NCBI GenBank assembly: GCA_029227655.1
Contig: JAQYAI010000006.1
Coordinates: 2,098 to 66,097 of the forward strand
Reading direction: 5' to 3'
DNA length: 64,000 bases
Source of the DNA: a bacterium
GTDB taxonomy: Bacteria; Bacillota; Clostridia; Lachnospirales; Lachnospiraceae
Part shown: piece by piece, positions 1-11,023 of the stretch
Numbering within the stretch: position 1 is the first letter of the stretch
How the letters are laid out: the number at the start of each line of letters is the position of its first letter
Notes under the pieces: model-generated
Database searches by the model: none
What the model was told of the DNA's origin: nothing
What the model saw: the letters and a program-made list of their open reading frames with translations, nothing else
Program-made: the position numbers and the translations under genes

Positions 1-692
<692 letters not shown>

Positions 693-705
693 GAGGTAGG
701 AAAAC

Positions 706-2373
706 GTGAAGAGTGATAATGTGAAAAAGGGGATGCAACAAGCCCCGCATCGTTCATTATTTAATGCATTAGGATATACGAAAGAAGAGTTGGACAGACC
801 ACTGGTCGGAATTGTAAGTTCTTATAATGAAATTGTTCCAGGACATATGAATCTGGATAAAATTGTAAATGCAGTAAAAATGGGAGTTTCCATGGCAGGT
901 GGAACACCGATCGTTTTCCCGGCAATTGCTGTTTGTGACGGTATTGCAATGGGACATATTGGAATGAAATATTCGCTTGTGACAAGAGATTTGATTGCAG
1001 ATTCTACAGAAGCGATGGCACTTGCCCATCAGTTTGATGCACTTGTCATGGTTCCGAACTGTGATAAGAATGTTCCTGGTCTTTTGATGGCAGCAGCCAG
1101 AATTAATGTTCCTACTATTTTTGTCAGCGGCGGACCTATGCTTGCAGGTCATGTGAATGGACAGAAACGCAGCCTTTCAAGTATGTTTGAGGCAGTAGGT
1201 GCATATGCTGCAGGAAACATTACAGAATGTGAAATGTGTGAATTTGAAAGTAAAGTATGTCCGACCTGTGGATCATGTTCAGGTATGTACACTGCCAACA
1301 GTATGAACTGTCTGACAGAAGTTCTTGGAATGGGACTTCCTGGAAATGGAACGATTCCGGCTGTTTACTCAGAACGTATCCGTCTTGCAAAGCATGCAGG
1401 TATGCAGGTCATGGAATTATATAGAAAAAATATCCGTCCAAGAGATATCATGACAGAAGATGCAATCTTAAATGCACTTACGGTAGATATGGCACTGGGA
1501 TGTTCGACAAACAGTATGTTACATCTGCCGGCAATTGCACATGAAATCGGTATGGACTTTGAAATTGATTTTGCAAATGGAATCAGTGAAAAAACACCAA
1601 ATCTCTGCCATCTTGCACCGGCAGGTCCGACATACATGGAAGATCTGAATGAAGCTGGCGGTGTTTATGCCGTGATGAATGAATTAAATAAGAAAAATCT
1701 TTTACATACAGACTGTATGACAGTCACAGGAAAAACAGTTGGAGAAAATATCGAAGGCTGCGTGAACCGTAATCCGGAAGTTATCAGACCAATTGATCAT
1801 CCATACAGTGAAACAGGCGGGCTTGCTGTATTAAAGGGAAATATCGCACCAGACGGAAGCGTCGTAAAACGTTCCGCAGTTGTGCCTGAAATGCTCGTGC
1901 ATGAAGGACCAGCCAGAGTATTTGAATGTGAAGAAGATGCCATTGAAGCAATCAAAGGCGGCAAGATTGTTGCTGGAGACGTAGTGGTCATCCGCTATGA
2001 AGGACCAAAAGGTGGCCCGGGTATGAGAGAAATGCTGAATCCGACTTCTGCAATCGCCGGAATGGGACTTGGATCAAGCGTTGCCCTTATCACAGATGGA
2101 CGTTTCAGTGGGGCATCCAGAGGAGCATCTATCGGACACGTTTCACCGGAAGCAGCAGTTGGCGGACCAATTGCTCTTATTGAAGAAGGCGACATTATCC
2201 AGATCGATATTCCAAATCTTTCATTAAATGCAAAGATTTCAGACGAAGAATTAGAAGCGAGAAAAGCGAAATGGCAGCCAAGAGAACCAAAGGTAACAAC
2301 AGGATATCTTGCAAGATATGCAGCGATGGTCACTTCCGGCAATAGAGGAGCAATTCTCGAAGTAAAGAAGTAA
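706..2373 (+). CDS. ilvD: dihydroxy-acid dehydratase
   Basis: [28 protein letters not shown] and TDGRFSG motifs; AGGAGG RBS before GTG. Confidence 0.97.
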   Translation: MKSDNVKKGMQQAPHRSLFNALGYTKEELDRPLVGIVSSYNEIVPGHMNLDKIVNAVKMGVSMAGGTPIVFPAIAVCDGIAMGHIGMKYSLVTRDLIADSTEAMALAHQFDALVMVPNCDKNVPGLLMAAARINVPTIFVSGGPMLAGHVNGQKRSLSSMFEAVGAYAAGNITECEMCEFESKVCPTCGSCSGMYTANSMNCLTEVLGMGLPGNGTIPAVYSERIRLAKHAGMQVMELYRKNIRPRDIMTEDAILNALTVDMALGCSTNSMLHLPAIAHEIGMDFEIDFANGISEKTPNLCHLAPAGPTYMEDLNEAGGVYAVMNELNKKNLLHTDCMTVTGKTVGENIEGCVNRNPEVIRPIDHPYSETGGLAVLKGNIAPDGSVVKRSAVVPEMLVHEGPARVFECEEDAIEAIKGGKIVAGDVVVIRYEGPKGGPGMREMLNPTSAIAGMGLGSSVALITDGRFSGASRGASIGHVSPEAAVGGPIALIEEGDIIQIDIPNLSLNAKISDEELEARKAKWQPREPKVTTGYLARYAAMVTSGNRGAILEVKK

Positions 2374-2404
2374 AAAAGAGACCAAAGATTGAGAGGAACA
2401 GGAA

Positions 2405-4090
2405 ATGCAGTTAACCGGAGCGCAGATAGTTATAGAATGCTTGAAAGAGCAGGGCGTGGATACGGTGTTTGGGTATCCGGGCGGAACGATTTTAAATGTA
2501 TATGATGAATTATATAAACACAGTGATGAGATTACACATATTCTGACCTCCCATGAACAGGGAGCATCTCATGCGGCAGATGGTTATGCCCGTGCAACAG
2601 GAAAAGTGGGAGTATGTTTTGCAACGAGTGGACCGGGCTCGACCAACCTGGTCACGGGAATTGCAACGGCATTTATGGATTCCATTCCAATGGTGGCAAT
2701 TACATGTAACGTAGGTGTACCACTGATTGGAAAAGACAGTTTCCAGGAAATTGATATTACCGGTATTACGATGCCAATTACGAAATACAATTTTATCGTA
2801 AAAGATGTAAATCAACTGGCAGATACCATCCGCAGAGCTTTTGTGATTGCACAGTCCGGCCGCCCGGGACCTGTCCTTGTGGATATACCAAAAGATGTCA
2901 CTGCAAATAAAGCTGAATATGAACCAGTGAAAATTGGACCGGTAAATAAGTTCAAAGACATTGTTCCGGCAGAAGAAATTACACAGGCGGTGGATATGAT
3001 CAAAACTGCAAAGAAACCATTTGTCTTTGTTGGTGGCGGTGCCATTTCATCGGGGGCAGAGAAAGAAGTCAGAGCATTTGTTCAAAAGCTTCATGCACCC
3101 GTATGCGATTCGCTTATGGGAAAGGGAGCATTTCCTGGAACAGATGAACTTTATACGGGCATGCTCGGAATGCACGGAACAAAGACTTCCAATTATGGTG
3201 TAAGTGAGTGTGATCTTCTTGTGGTAATTGGCTCCAGATTTTCGGATCGTGTCATTGGAAATGCCGCGACATTTGCAAAGAATGCAAAGATCATTCAGAT
3301 TGATGTGGATGCGGCCGAAATTAACAAAAATGTTGCGGTAGATTTAGGACTTGTGGGAGACGTAAAAGCCGTACTTTCTAAAATCATCAAAGAATTACCT
3401 CAGCAAAATCATGATGAATGGATTGAAAAGGTAAAAGCCAATAAGCAGGCCTATCCAATGTCATACCATCAGGAGACTCTTACCGGTCCGTATGTTATTG
3501 AAGAAATATACAGACAGACAGAAGGGGATGCGCTAATTGTTACGGAAGTAGGACAGCACCAGATGTGGGCAGCCCAGTATTATAAATACAAAGAACCTAG
3601 GCAGCTTCTTACTTCAGGGGGGCTCGGAACGATGGGATACGGTCTTGGGGCTTCACTTGGAGCCAAAATGGGATGCCCTGATAAAACAGTCATCAATATT
3701 GCCGGAGATGGATGTTTCCGTATGAATATGAATGAAATTGCAACCGCAGCACGTTACAACATTCCAATTATTCAGGTCGTGCTCAACAACCATGTACTTG
3801 GAATGGTTCGTCAGTGGCAGACATTGTTCTACGGACAGAGGTATTCGGCGACGGTTCTGAATGATAAAGTTGATTTTGTAAAACTGGCAGAAGCAATGGG
3901 TGCGACAGCATACAGAGCCACGACGAAAAAAGAGTTTGACAAAATATTAACAAATGCGTTACAATGTGATGGACCAGTAGTCATTGACTGTCAGATTGAC
4001 AGCGATGACAAAGTATGGCCGATGGTAGCTCCGGGAGCATCGATTAGTGATGCTTTCGATGAAAATGATTTAAAAAATAAAAAAGAGTAG
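2405..4090 (+). CDS. ilvB: acetolactate synthase large subunit (copy 1)
   Basis: FGYPGG, HEQGASHAADGYAR, TSGPG, GQHQMW and TPP-binding GDGCFRMN motifs. Confidence 0.95.
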   Translation: MQLTGAQIVIECLKEQGVDTVFGYPGGTILNVYDELYKHSDEITHILTSHEQGASHAADGYARATGKVGVCFATSGPGSTNLVTGIATAFMDSIPMVAITCNVGVPLIGKDSFQEIDITGITMPITKYNFIVKDVNQLADTIRRAFVIAQSGRPGPVLVDIPKDVTANKAEYEPVKIGPVNKFKDIVPAEEITQAVDMIKTAKKPFVFVGGGAISSGAEKEVRAFVQKLHAPVCDSLMGKGAFPGTDELYTGMLGMHGTKTSNYGVSECDLLVVIGSRFSDRVIGNAATFAKNAKIIQIDVDAAEINKNVAVDLGLVGDVKAVLSKIIKELPQQNHDEWIEKVKANKQAYPMSYHQETLTGPYVIEEIYRQTEGDALIVTEVGQHQMWAAQYYKYKEPRQLLTSGGLGTMGYGLGASLGAKMGCPDKTVINIAGDGCFRMNMNEIATAARYNIPIIQVVLNNHVLGMVRQWQTLFYGQRYSATVLNDKVDFVKLAEAMGATAYRATTKKEFDKILTNALQCDGPVVIDCQIDSDDKVWPMVAPGASISDAFDENDLKNKKE

Positions 4091-4105
4091 AGAAGAGGGA
4101 TATTT

Positions 4106-5188
4106 ATGAAACGTGTATATAATTTTTCAGCAGGACCAGCGGTACTGCCGGTCGAAGTTTTGAAAGAAGCAGCAGAAGAAATGCTTGATTACAAGGGAAC
4201 TGGAATGTCTGTGATGGAAATGAGCCATCGTTCAAAAGCTTTTGAAGAAATTATAACAGAAGCGGAAAAAGATTTGCGGGAACTTATGAATATTCCTGAT
4301 AATTATAAGGTGTTATTTTTGCAGGGCGGAGCAAGCCAGCAGTTTGCAATGATTCCGATGAATCTGATGAAAAATAAAGTTGCAGACTATATTATTACAG
4401 GGCAGTGGGCAAAGAAAGCAGCCGCTGAAGCAGAAAAATATGGAAAAGTCAACAGGATTGCATCTTCAGCAGATAAAACATTCTCTTATATTCCAGATTG
4501 TTCAGATCTTCCGATTTCAGAAGATGCAGACTATGTTTACATTTGTGAGAATAATACCATTTATGGAACGAAATTCCATGAACTTCCAAATACAAAAGGA
4601 AAGCTACTTGTAGCAGATGTTTCATCTTGCTTCCTGTCAGAGCCGGTTGATGTTACAAAATACGGAATTATTTATGGAGGAGTTCAGAAGAACATTGGTC
4701 CTGCAGGAACTGTCATCGTTATTATCAGAGAAGATTTGATTACAGAAGATGTTCTTCCGGGAACACCAACCATGCTTCAGTACAAGATTCATGCAGACGC
4801 AAAGTCTCTTTACAACACGCCGCCTGCATATGGTATTTACATTTGCGGCAAGGTGTTCAAATGGATTAAGAACATGGGCGGTCTGGAAGCTATGAAGGAA
4901 AGAAATGAGAAGAAAGCAAAATTATTATATGATTTCCTTGATCAGAGCAAGCTTTTCAAAGGAACTGTAGAGAAGAAAGACCGTTCACTCATGAATGTGC
5001 CATTCGTGACAGGAAATGAAGAACTGGATGCTAAATTTGTAAAAGAAGCAAAAGCAGCCGGATTTGAAAACTTAAAAGGACATCGTACTGTTGGAGGTAT
5101 GCGTGCAAGTATTTATAATGCAATGCCATATGAAGGTGTGGAAGCGCTTGTTGCATTTATGAAAGAGTTTGAGGAGGCAAATGCGTAA
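4106..5188 (+). CDS. serC: phosphoserine aminotransferase
   Basis: YNFSAGPA, EMSHRS, QKNIGPAG (PLP lysine) and GHRTVGGMRASIYNA motifs. Confidence 0.97.
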   Translation: MKRVYNFSAGPAVLPVEVLKEAAEEMLDYKGTGMSVMEMSHRSKAFEEIITEAEKDLRELMNIPDNYKVLFLQGGASQQFAMIPMNLMKNKVADYIITGQWAKKAAAEAEKYGKVNRIASSADKTFSYIPDCSDLPISEDADYVYICENNTIYGTKFHELPNTKGKLLVADVSSCFLSEPVDVTKYGIIYGGVQKNIGPAGTVIVIIREDLITEDVLPGTPTMLQYKIHADAKSLYNTPPAYGIYICGKVFKWIKNMGGLEAMKERNEKKAKLLYDFLDQSKLFKGTVEKKDRSLMNVPFVTGNEELDAKFVKEAKAAGFENLKGHRTVGGMRASIYNAMPYEGVEALVAFMKEFEEANA

Positions 5189-6351
5189 TGGAATATAAAT
5201 ATAATTGCCTGAATCCAATCGCACAGGTAGGATTAAAGGAATTGGGAGAAGGATTTACACAGACAGATAATATCAATGAAGCAGATGCAATTCTGGTAAG
5301 AAGTGCATCGATGCATGAAATGGAATTTAGCAAAAATTTAAAGGCAATTGGAAGAGCAGGAGCCGGAGTGAATAATATTCCATTGGAAAAATGTGCGGAA
5401 GAAGGTATTGTAGTATTTAATACACCTGGCGCAAATGCGAATGGAGTAAAAGAGCTTGTCCTTGCAGGATTGTTCTTAGGCGCACGTGATGTTGTGGGTG
5501 GAATTGAATGGGTCAAAGCAAACAAAGACGATGAAAATATTGCAAAATCAGCAGAAAAAGCGAAAAAAGCATTTGCCGGAAGTGAGATTATGGGCAAGAA
5601 GTTAGGGGTAATCGGACTTGGAGCAATCGGTGTTCTGGTCGCAAATGCAGCGGTTCATCTTGGAATGGAAGTTTATGGATATGATCCTTATATTTCTGTA
5701 GCTAATGCATGGCATCTTTCAAAACATATCAAGCATGCAAAAATTGTAGAAGAGATTTATAAAGAGTGTGATTATATTACAGTTCATGTGCCAGCACTTG
5801 CTGATACAAAAGGTATGATTGGTGAAGATGCAATCGCCATGATGAAAGATGGTGTGGTTGTTCTTAATTTCTCAAGAGATGTGCTTGTTGACAGTGCAGC
5901 GATGATCAAAGGTTTGCAAAGTGGCAAGGTGAAACGTTACGTAACAGATTTTGCAACACCTGAAATCGTCGATGTAAAGAATGCAGTAGTGATTCCACAT
6001 CTTGGAGCTTCTACAGCAGAAGCAGAAGATAACTGTGCAGTAATGGCAGCGGAAGAAATCCGTGATTTCCTTGAGAATGGAAATATTAAGAATTCTGTAA
6101 ATTATCCAAATTGTGATATGGGAGTTCGCAGAAAAGTCAGAATTACAATTTTGCATAAGAATATACTTAATATGATTGGACAGTTCACTGCAATTTTGAC
6201 AAAAGAAAATATCAATATCGCTGATATGATCAATAAGAGCCGTGGAGAATATGCATACACAATGCTCGATGTGGATTCAGAAGTTAAAGATACAGTTGTA
6301 GAAGAACTGGAAAAAGTAGAAGGCGTACGAAAAGTACGTGTAATAGCTTAA
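5188..6351 (+). CDS. serA: D-3-phosphoglycerate dehydrogenase with C-terminal ACT domain
   Basis: RAGAGVNNI, GLGAIG and PHLGASTAEAE motifs; start overlaps serC stop (TAATG). Confidence 0.9.
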   Translation: MEYKYNCLNPIAQVGLKELGEGFTQTDNINEADAILVRSASMHEMEFSKNLKAIGRAGAGVNNIPLEKCAEEGIVVFNTPGANANGVKELVLAGLFLGARDVVGGIEWVKANKDDENIAKSAEKAKKAFAGSEIMGKKLGVIGLGAIGVLVANAAVHLGMEVYGYDPYISVANAWHLSKHIKHAKIVEEIYKECDYITVHVPALADTKGMIGEDAIAMMKDGVVVLNFSRDVLVDSAAMIKGLQSGKVKRYVTDFATPEIVDVKNAVVIPHLGASTAEAEDNCAVMAAEEIRDFLENGNIKNSVNYPNCDMGVRRKVRITILHKNILNMIGQFTAILTKENINIADMINKSRGEYAYTMLDVDSEVKDTVVEELEKVEGVRKVRVIA

Positions 6352-6367
6352 ATATAACTTAAAGTTT

Positions 6368-6407
6368 GAGGGGAATTCTTGAAAAAGAGTTTCCCTTATT
6401 CTATAAT
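6368..6407 (+). promoter_or_regulatory. serA terminator-like hairpin overlapping a sigmaA promoter for the next gene
   Basis: GGGAATTCTT-GAAA-AAGAGTTTCCC hairpin; TTGAAA(6379)-17 bp-TATAAT(6402). Confidence 0.6.
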
Positions 6408-6438
6408 GAATCTAAAAAAAATAGTATTGGAGTTACCA

Positions 6439-7584
6439 ATGAGAAAATATAATTTAAAGAAACGTTTTAAGAGGGCAAGAGCCAGGTCAAGGGCAATGGC
6501 GAGGAGACGTAGAAAACATAGTATAAATTACATTTCGCCAATGAAAATCGGAGTGGTATGTGTAATTGCTTTTTTGGTGATGATTTTTGCGACGCGTGCC
6601 ACTGGGATATTTAAAGAGAATGTAGTAGAAATCAATCTCACAGCACAGGATGCAGAGATGTACATAGGTGAGGATAAACCAGTATTTGTAGCGGAGGTTT
6701 CCTGTGAAGGGGATACAGAAATCATACTGGACGAGGATACAGGATTTACCATACAGAATCTGATAGATGAACTGAATAGTGGTACGGGTTATACATTAGA
6801 ATCGGATGGTGACGGGTCGGAAACTGGTGAATATGAAATCAAAGCAGAACTGACCAGTGCCGTGTCGACGCCACTCAACACCGACTGGTTTGATAAAGTA
6901 AAGATCAATACAAAGCCGGGAACACTTAAGGTCAAAGAAATTGATGAAGAATACATGGCATCTGTGGAAGCTAAAAAGAATCGTCCGATGATTGCACTGA
7001 CTTTTGATGATGGTCCTGGAAAATATACAATGAAATTATTAGATGCGCTGGAAGAAAATCATGCGCAGGCAACGTTTTTTATGCTAGGTCAGAACGTAGA
7101 AAAATATGAAGATGAAGTGGCCAAAATGAAAGAAATTGGCTGTGAACTTGGCAATCATTCTTACGATCACCCAAAATTTCCAAAACTTTCTGTTGACGAG
7201 ATGAAAGCAGAGATCAATAATACCAATGGTGCGATTGAGGCGATTACAGGCGAACCGGCATCTGTGCTGCGTCCACCATACGGATTAATAAACGAAGAGG
7301 TGAAGCAGAATGTAGAAATGCCGATGATACTTTGGAGTATTGATACTTTGGACTGGAAGACGAAAGATACACAGGCAACGATCGATCATGTGCTTGCGAA
7401 TGTCAGTGACGGTGATATTGTGTTAATGCATGATATTTATGAGACATCGGTAAATGCAGCCATTGAACTGATTAAGAAACTGCAGGATCAGGGCTATTAT
7501 CTCGTGACAGTGAGTGAGCTTGCCGCGTCAAGAGGATACGAACTGGTAAAAGGTGAAAAATATTTCGGATTTTATAACGAATAG
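6439..7584 (+). CDS. membrane-anchored polysaccharide (peptidoglycan) deacetylase, NodB/CE4 family, with MBG-like spacer domain
   Basis: basic N-tail plus TM helix; LTFDDGP, HSYDH, RPPYG, DTLDW and LMHD motifs; start moved to the ATG after GGAG. Confidence 0.88.
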   Translation: MRKYNLKKRFKRARARSRAMARRRRKHSINYISPMKIGVVCVIAFLVMIFATRATGIFKENVVEINLTAQDAEMYIGEDKPVFVAEVSCEGDTEIILDEDTGFTIQNLIDELNSGTGYTLESDGDGSETGEYEIKAELTSAVSTPLNTDWFDKVKINTKPGTLKVKEIDEEYMASVEAKKNRPMIALTFDDGPGKYTMKLLDALEENHAQATFFMLGQNVEKYEDEVAKMKEIGCELGNHSYDHPKFPKLSVDEMKAEINNTNGAIEAITGEPASVLRPPYGLINEEVKQNVEMPMILWSIDTLDWKTKDTQATIDHVLANVSDGDIVLMHDIYETSVNAAIELIKKLQDQGYYLVTVSELAASRGYELVKGEKYFGFYNE

Positions 7585-7601
7585 AAAGACGGAGGATAAT
7601 G

Positions 7602-8471
7602 ATGGCATACGAAATTACCGGGCATACAAAACTCACAGGGTTATTGGGAAGTCCTGTGGAACACAGCATCTCTCCAATGATGCATAATGAATCGTTCAGA
7701 CAGCTAAATCTTGATTATGCATATCTTGCATTTGATGTAGGGACAGATAAATTAGAAGTGGCAGTGGCAGGGCTTAAGGCACTTGGAGTCAGAGGATTTA
7801 ATCTTACAATGCCGGATAAGAATTTGATGTGCAGCCTTGTGGATGAACTTTCACCAGCGGCTAAAATTGGCGGTGCTGTGAATACAGTCGTTAATGACAA
7901 TGGAATATTAAAAGGATATACGACGGATGGAATCGGATTTATGCGTTCTGTGAAAGAAGCAGGAAAAGATATTATCGGAAAGAAAATGACACTTCTCGGA
8001 GCAGGAGGAGCTGCAGCGGCAATTTTAGTGCAGGCGGCACTGGACGGGGTGGCAGAGATTTCCGTATTCAATATCCGGGATGATTTCTTCAAAAGAGCAG
8101 AAGGAATCATGGAAGAACTCCGGAAAGAAACAGACTGTGTGCTGAATTTATATGATTTTTCCGATCCTGAATTATTGAAAAAAGAAATTGCTGAAAGTCA
8201 GATTCTTGTCAATGGTACACCAATTGGTATGGCACCGAGGACAGACCGCTGTATTATCACTGATGACAGTGTGTTTCACAAGGATTTATATGTCTACGAT
8301 GTGATTTATAATCCGGAGGAAACGTTGCTTTTGAAAAAGGCAAAGGCGGCAGGCTGTGAGACGCAGAACGGATTGAATATGCTCTTATATCAGGGCGCCG
8401 CAGCTTTTGAACTGTGGACCGGAAAAGAAATGCCGGTTGATATAATTAAACAGAAATATTTTCAGCGATAA
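7602..8471 (+). CDS. aroE: shikimate dehydrogenase
   Basis: HSISPMMHN, NLTMPDK, GAVNT, GAGGAA and MLLYQG motifs. Confidence 0.92.
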   Translation: MAYEITGHTKLTGLLGSPVEHSISPMMHNESFRQLNLDYAYLAFDVGTDKLEVAVAGLKALGVRGFNLTMPDKNLMCSLVDELSPAAKIGGAVNTVVNDNGILKGYTTDGIGFMRSVKEAGKDIIGKKMTLLGAGGAAAAILVQAALDGVAEISVFNIRDDFFKRAEGIMEELRKETDCVLNLYDFSDPELLKKEIAESQILVNGTPIGMAPRTDRCIITDDSVFHKDLYVYDVIYNPEETLLLKKAKAAGCETQNGLNMLLYQGAAAFELWTGKEMPVDIIKQKYFQR

Positions 8472-8477
8472 AAGTCA

Positions 8478-8506
8478 TTGACAATTTTCTGAAAATACGT
8501 TATGAT
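8478..8506 (+). promoter_or_regulatory. sigmaA promoter of aroF-aroB containing a CodY box
   Basis: TTGACA-17 bp-TATGAT; AATTTTCTGAAAATA at 8483-8497 matches 14/15 of the CodY consensus AATTTTCWGAAAATT. Confidence 0.8.
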
Positions 8507-8537
8507 AAGCCACAAGTTTAATAATTCTACTGTTGAA

Positions 8538-8817
8538 ATGCAATGAAAAGAAGTAGTAGATATAATGAGACGTTTCAGAGAGTCCTTGGCTGGTGCGAAA
8601 GGATACAGGTAATTATATCGAATTCATCTTGGAGCAGAGTGCTGAATATCGATTGATTAGTAGGCATTTCCGGGAGCAACCGTTACTTGCAGAGGTATAA
8701 CCATTTATGGCGTACCTGTCGAGGCAGATATCGTGAGATGTCTGTGAATTGAGGTGGAACCACGAAGTATATAGTACTCTCGTCCTCTGTATGAGCAGAG
8801 GATGAGAGTTTTTTTTT
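8538..8817 (+). promoter_or_regulatory. T-box riboswitch, Phe (UUC) specifier
   Basis: AGTA, AGAGA and GGTG stem I motifs; GAA-TTC-A with codon at 8623-8625; AGTAG...CCGTTA stem II region; T-box AATTGAGGTGGAACCACG 8747-8764; terminator 8776-8817. Confidence 0.92.
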
Positions 8818-8881
8818 ACAGTTCTGCCACAGCGAGGAGAAGCGAAGCGTATCCTAGCTGGCACGGCTGAACTGTAAAAAA
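8812..8881. repeat. 70-bp palindromic REP/MITE-like element
   Basis: perfect 13-bp terminal IR TTTTTTACAGTTC/GAACTGTAAAAAA, inner stem TGCCA..AGC/GCTGGCA, apical GCGAAGC mini-hairpin. Confidence 0.6.
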
Positions 8882-8916
8882 TGAATAGCAGCAATGGTAG
8901 AGGAAAGGATTTAGTT

Positions 8917-9930
8917 ATGATTATTGTATTAAAACCAAAAACAACGGAAGAGAATGTGAGACGTGTGGAAGATATGGTCCGCGCAAAAGGACTGGAGGTG
9001 CACACCGTCGTAGGAGAAGATCTGACAATCATTGGATGTATCGGTGATACTGTGAAAGTGGATGCCCGTCTGTTTGAAGTGGACAAATCCGTAGAAAAGG
9101 TAATGCATGTCCAGGAACCATATAAACTGGCGAACCGTGCATTTCATCCGGAAGATACGATTGTAGATGTATCCGGTGTAAAAATTGGGGAAAATCACAT
9201 GGCGATGATTGCCGGACCATGTTCGGTGGAATCCGAAGAACAGGTAATCGAAATAGCAAAGGCAGCGAAAGCATCTGGTGCCAATATTCTGCGCGGTGGT
9301 GCATTTAAGCCAAGAACGAGCCCTTATTCTTTCCAGGGAATGGGATTGGAAGGATTAGAAATTCTCTGTAAAGCAAGAGAGGTGACAGGGCTTCCAATCT
9401 GTACCGAGCTTATGTCCGCAGAATATTTAGATATATTTGATGAGAAAGTGGATTTGATCCAGATTGGTGCAAGAAATATGCAGAACTTTGATCTGCTTAA
9501 GAAGCTTGGACAGACAAAGCGACCAATTCTTTTAAAGAGAGGATTGAATGCAACCTTTGAAGAGTGGGTAATGTCCGCAGAATACATTATGGCAGCCGGC
9601 AATCCAAATGTCATTTTCTGTGAACGTGGTATTCGTACCTTCGAAACATATACCAGAAATACGCTGGATCTTCAGGCCATTCCAGTCATGAAGAGACGCA
9701 GCCATCTGCCGATCATCGTAGACCCAAGTCATGCCGGAGGAAAATGGTGGCTGGTAGAACCAATGGCAAAGGCAGCAGTAGCGTGTGGGGCTGATGGTCT
9801 TATGATTGAAGTTCATAATAATCCGGAATGTGCACTCTGCGATGGTGGTCAGTCATTAAAACCAGAAAAATATGACCGGATGATGAAAGAAATTGAGGGC
9901 ATCTTACGTGTCCTTGGAAAAGAAATCTAG
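8917..9930 (+). CDS. aroF: DAHP synthase (class I-beta with N-terminal regulatory domain)
   Basis: IAGPCSVES, RGGAFKPRTSPYSFQG, QIGARNMQNF and DPSH motifs; start moved to MIIVLK. Confidence 0.95.
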   Translation: MIIVLKPKTTEENVRRVEDMVRAKGLEVHTVVGEDLTIIGCIGDTVKVDARLFEVDKSVEKVMHVQEPYKLANRAFHPEDTIVDVSGVKIGENHMAMIAGPCSVESEEQVIEIAKAAKASGANILRGGAFKPRTSPYSFQGMGLEGLEILCKAREVTGLPICTELMSAEYLDIFDEKVDLIQIGARNMQNFDLLKKLGQTKRPILLKRGLNATFEEWVMSAEYIMAAGNPNVIFCERGIRTFETYTRNTLDLQAIPVMKRRSHLPIIVDPSHAGGKWWLVEPMAKAAVACGADGLMIEVHNNPECALCDGGQSLKPEKYDRMMKEIEGILRVLGKEI

Positions 9931-9955
9931 ACTATGATTCAAAGGAGAAAAAGTC

Positions 9956-11014
9956 ATGAAATTATATGTTGATTTAAAAGAACATGGCTATCCTATTTAT
10001 ATTGAACGTGGAATTTTGGGCAAGGCTGCCGAAAAAATCAGTGAAGTGTATCAGGGAAAGAAAGTTATGATCATTTCCGATGATCAGGTATATTCCTATT
10101 ATGGTGAGAAATTGAAGGAGATTTTATCAGAGAAATATCAATGTTTTGAATGCGTCATTCCACATGGAGAACCGTCAAAAAGCATTCATACCCTTCCGGG
10201 AGTATACAGCCAGCTTCTGAAAGCAAAATTATCCAGAACAGATTTGATTCTTGCCCTTGGTGGTGGTGTGGTCGGTGATCTGGCAGGATTTGTGGCGGCA
10301 ACCTATCTTCGGGGAATCAAATTTGTTCAGATTCCCACATCAATTCTGGCGCAGGTAGATTCTTCGGTCGGAGGAAAAGTTGCAGTAGACCTTCCAGAAG
10401 GAAAGAATCTGGTAGGAGCCTTTTACCAGCCAAAGATGGTACTCATTGATCCGGATGTGTTAGACACGCTTCCAGAGCGCTATGTCATCGATGGAATGGG
10501 AGAAGTCATCAAATACGGATGCATTAAAAACGCAGAATTATTCAACAAATTAGAGGAATATGGTTCTTTTGAAGTCATGAAAGAACATATCGTCGATATT
10601 ATTGGAACCTGTGTTGACATCAAACGTCAGGTTGTAGAAGCAGATGAATTCGATACAGGAGAAAGACTTCTCCTGAACTTTGGACATACATTGGCACATG
10701 CGATTGAACAGTATTACAATTATGAAAGAGAAAGCCATGGGGAAGCTGTTGCAATTGGAATGTACCAGATCACACAGATTTCGGAAGAATGGGGGTTAAC
10801 CAAACCAGGTCAGGCAAAGAGAATACGCAAAGTATTGGAAGCATACAAACTTCCAACGGCAGCTGGAATCCCAATGGGTGAGATGAGAGCAGCCATGCAG
10901 CTGGACAAGAAGAATCTGAATGATGAACTCAAAATAGTGTTGTTGCATGAAATCGGGGATGCATATGCATATTCGACGGATACGTACTTTTTCCCGAAGG
11001 CGAAGATGTGTTAG
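9956..11014 (+). CDS. aroB: 3-dehydroquinate synthase
   Basis: GGGVVGDLAGF, DSSVGGK, KNLVGAFYQP, LNFGHT and HGEAVAIG motifs. Confidence 0.96.
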   Translation: MKLYVDLKEHGYPIYIERGILGKAAEKISEVYQGKKVMIISDDQVYSYYGEKLKEILSEKYQCFECVIPHGEPSKSIHTLPGVYSQLLKAKLSRTDLILALGGGVVGDLAGFVAATYLRGIKFVQIPTSILAQVDSSVGGKVAVDLPEGKNLVGAFYQPKMVLIDPDVLDTLPERYVIDGMGEVIKYGCIKNAELFNKLEEYGSFEVMKEHIVDIIGTCVDIKRQVVEADEFDTGERLLLNFGHTLAHAIEQYYNYERESHGEAVAIGMYQITQISEEWGLTKPGQAKRIRKVLEAYKLPTAAGIPMGEMRAAMQLDKKNLNDELKIVLLHEIGDAYAYSTDTYFFPKAKMC

Positions 11015-11023
11015 AAATTATAA

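Noticed and set aside
8613-9086. 157-aa minus-strand ORF
   Set aside because: Antisense to the T-box leader and aroF, with no recognisable motifs; shadow ORF
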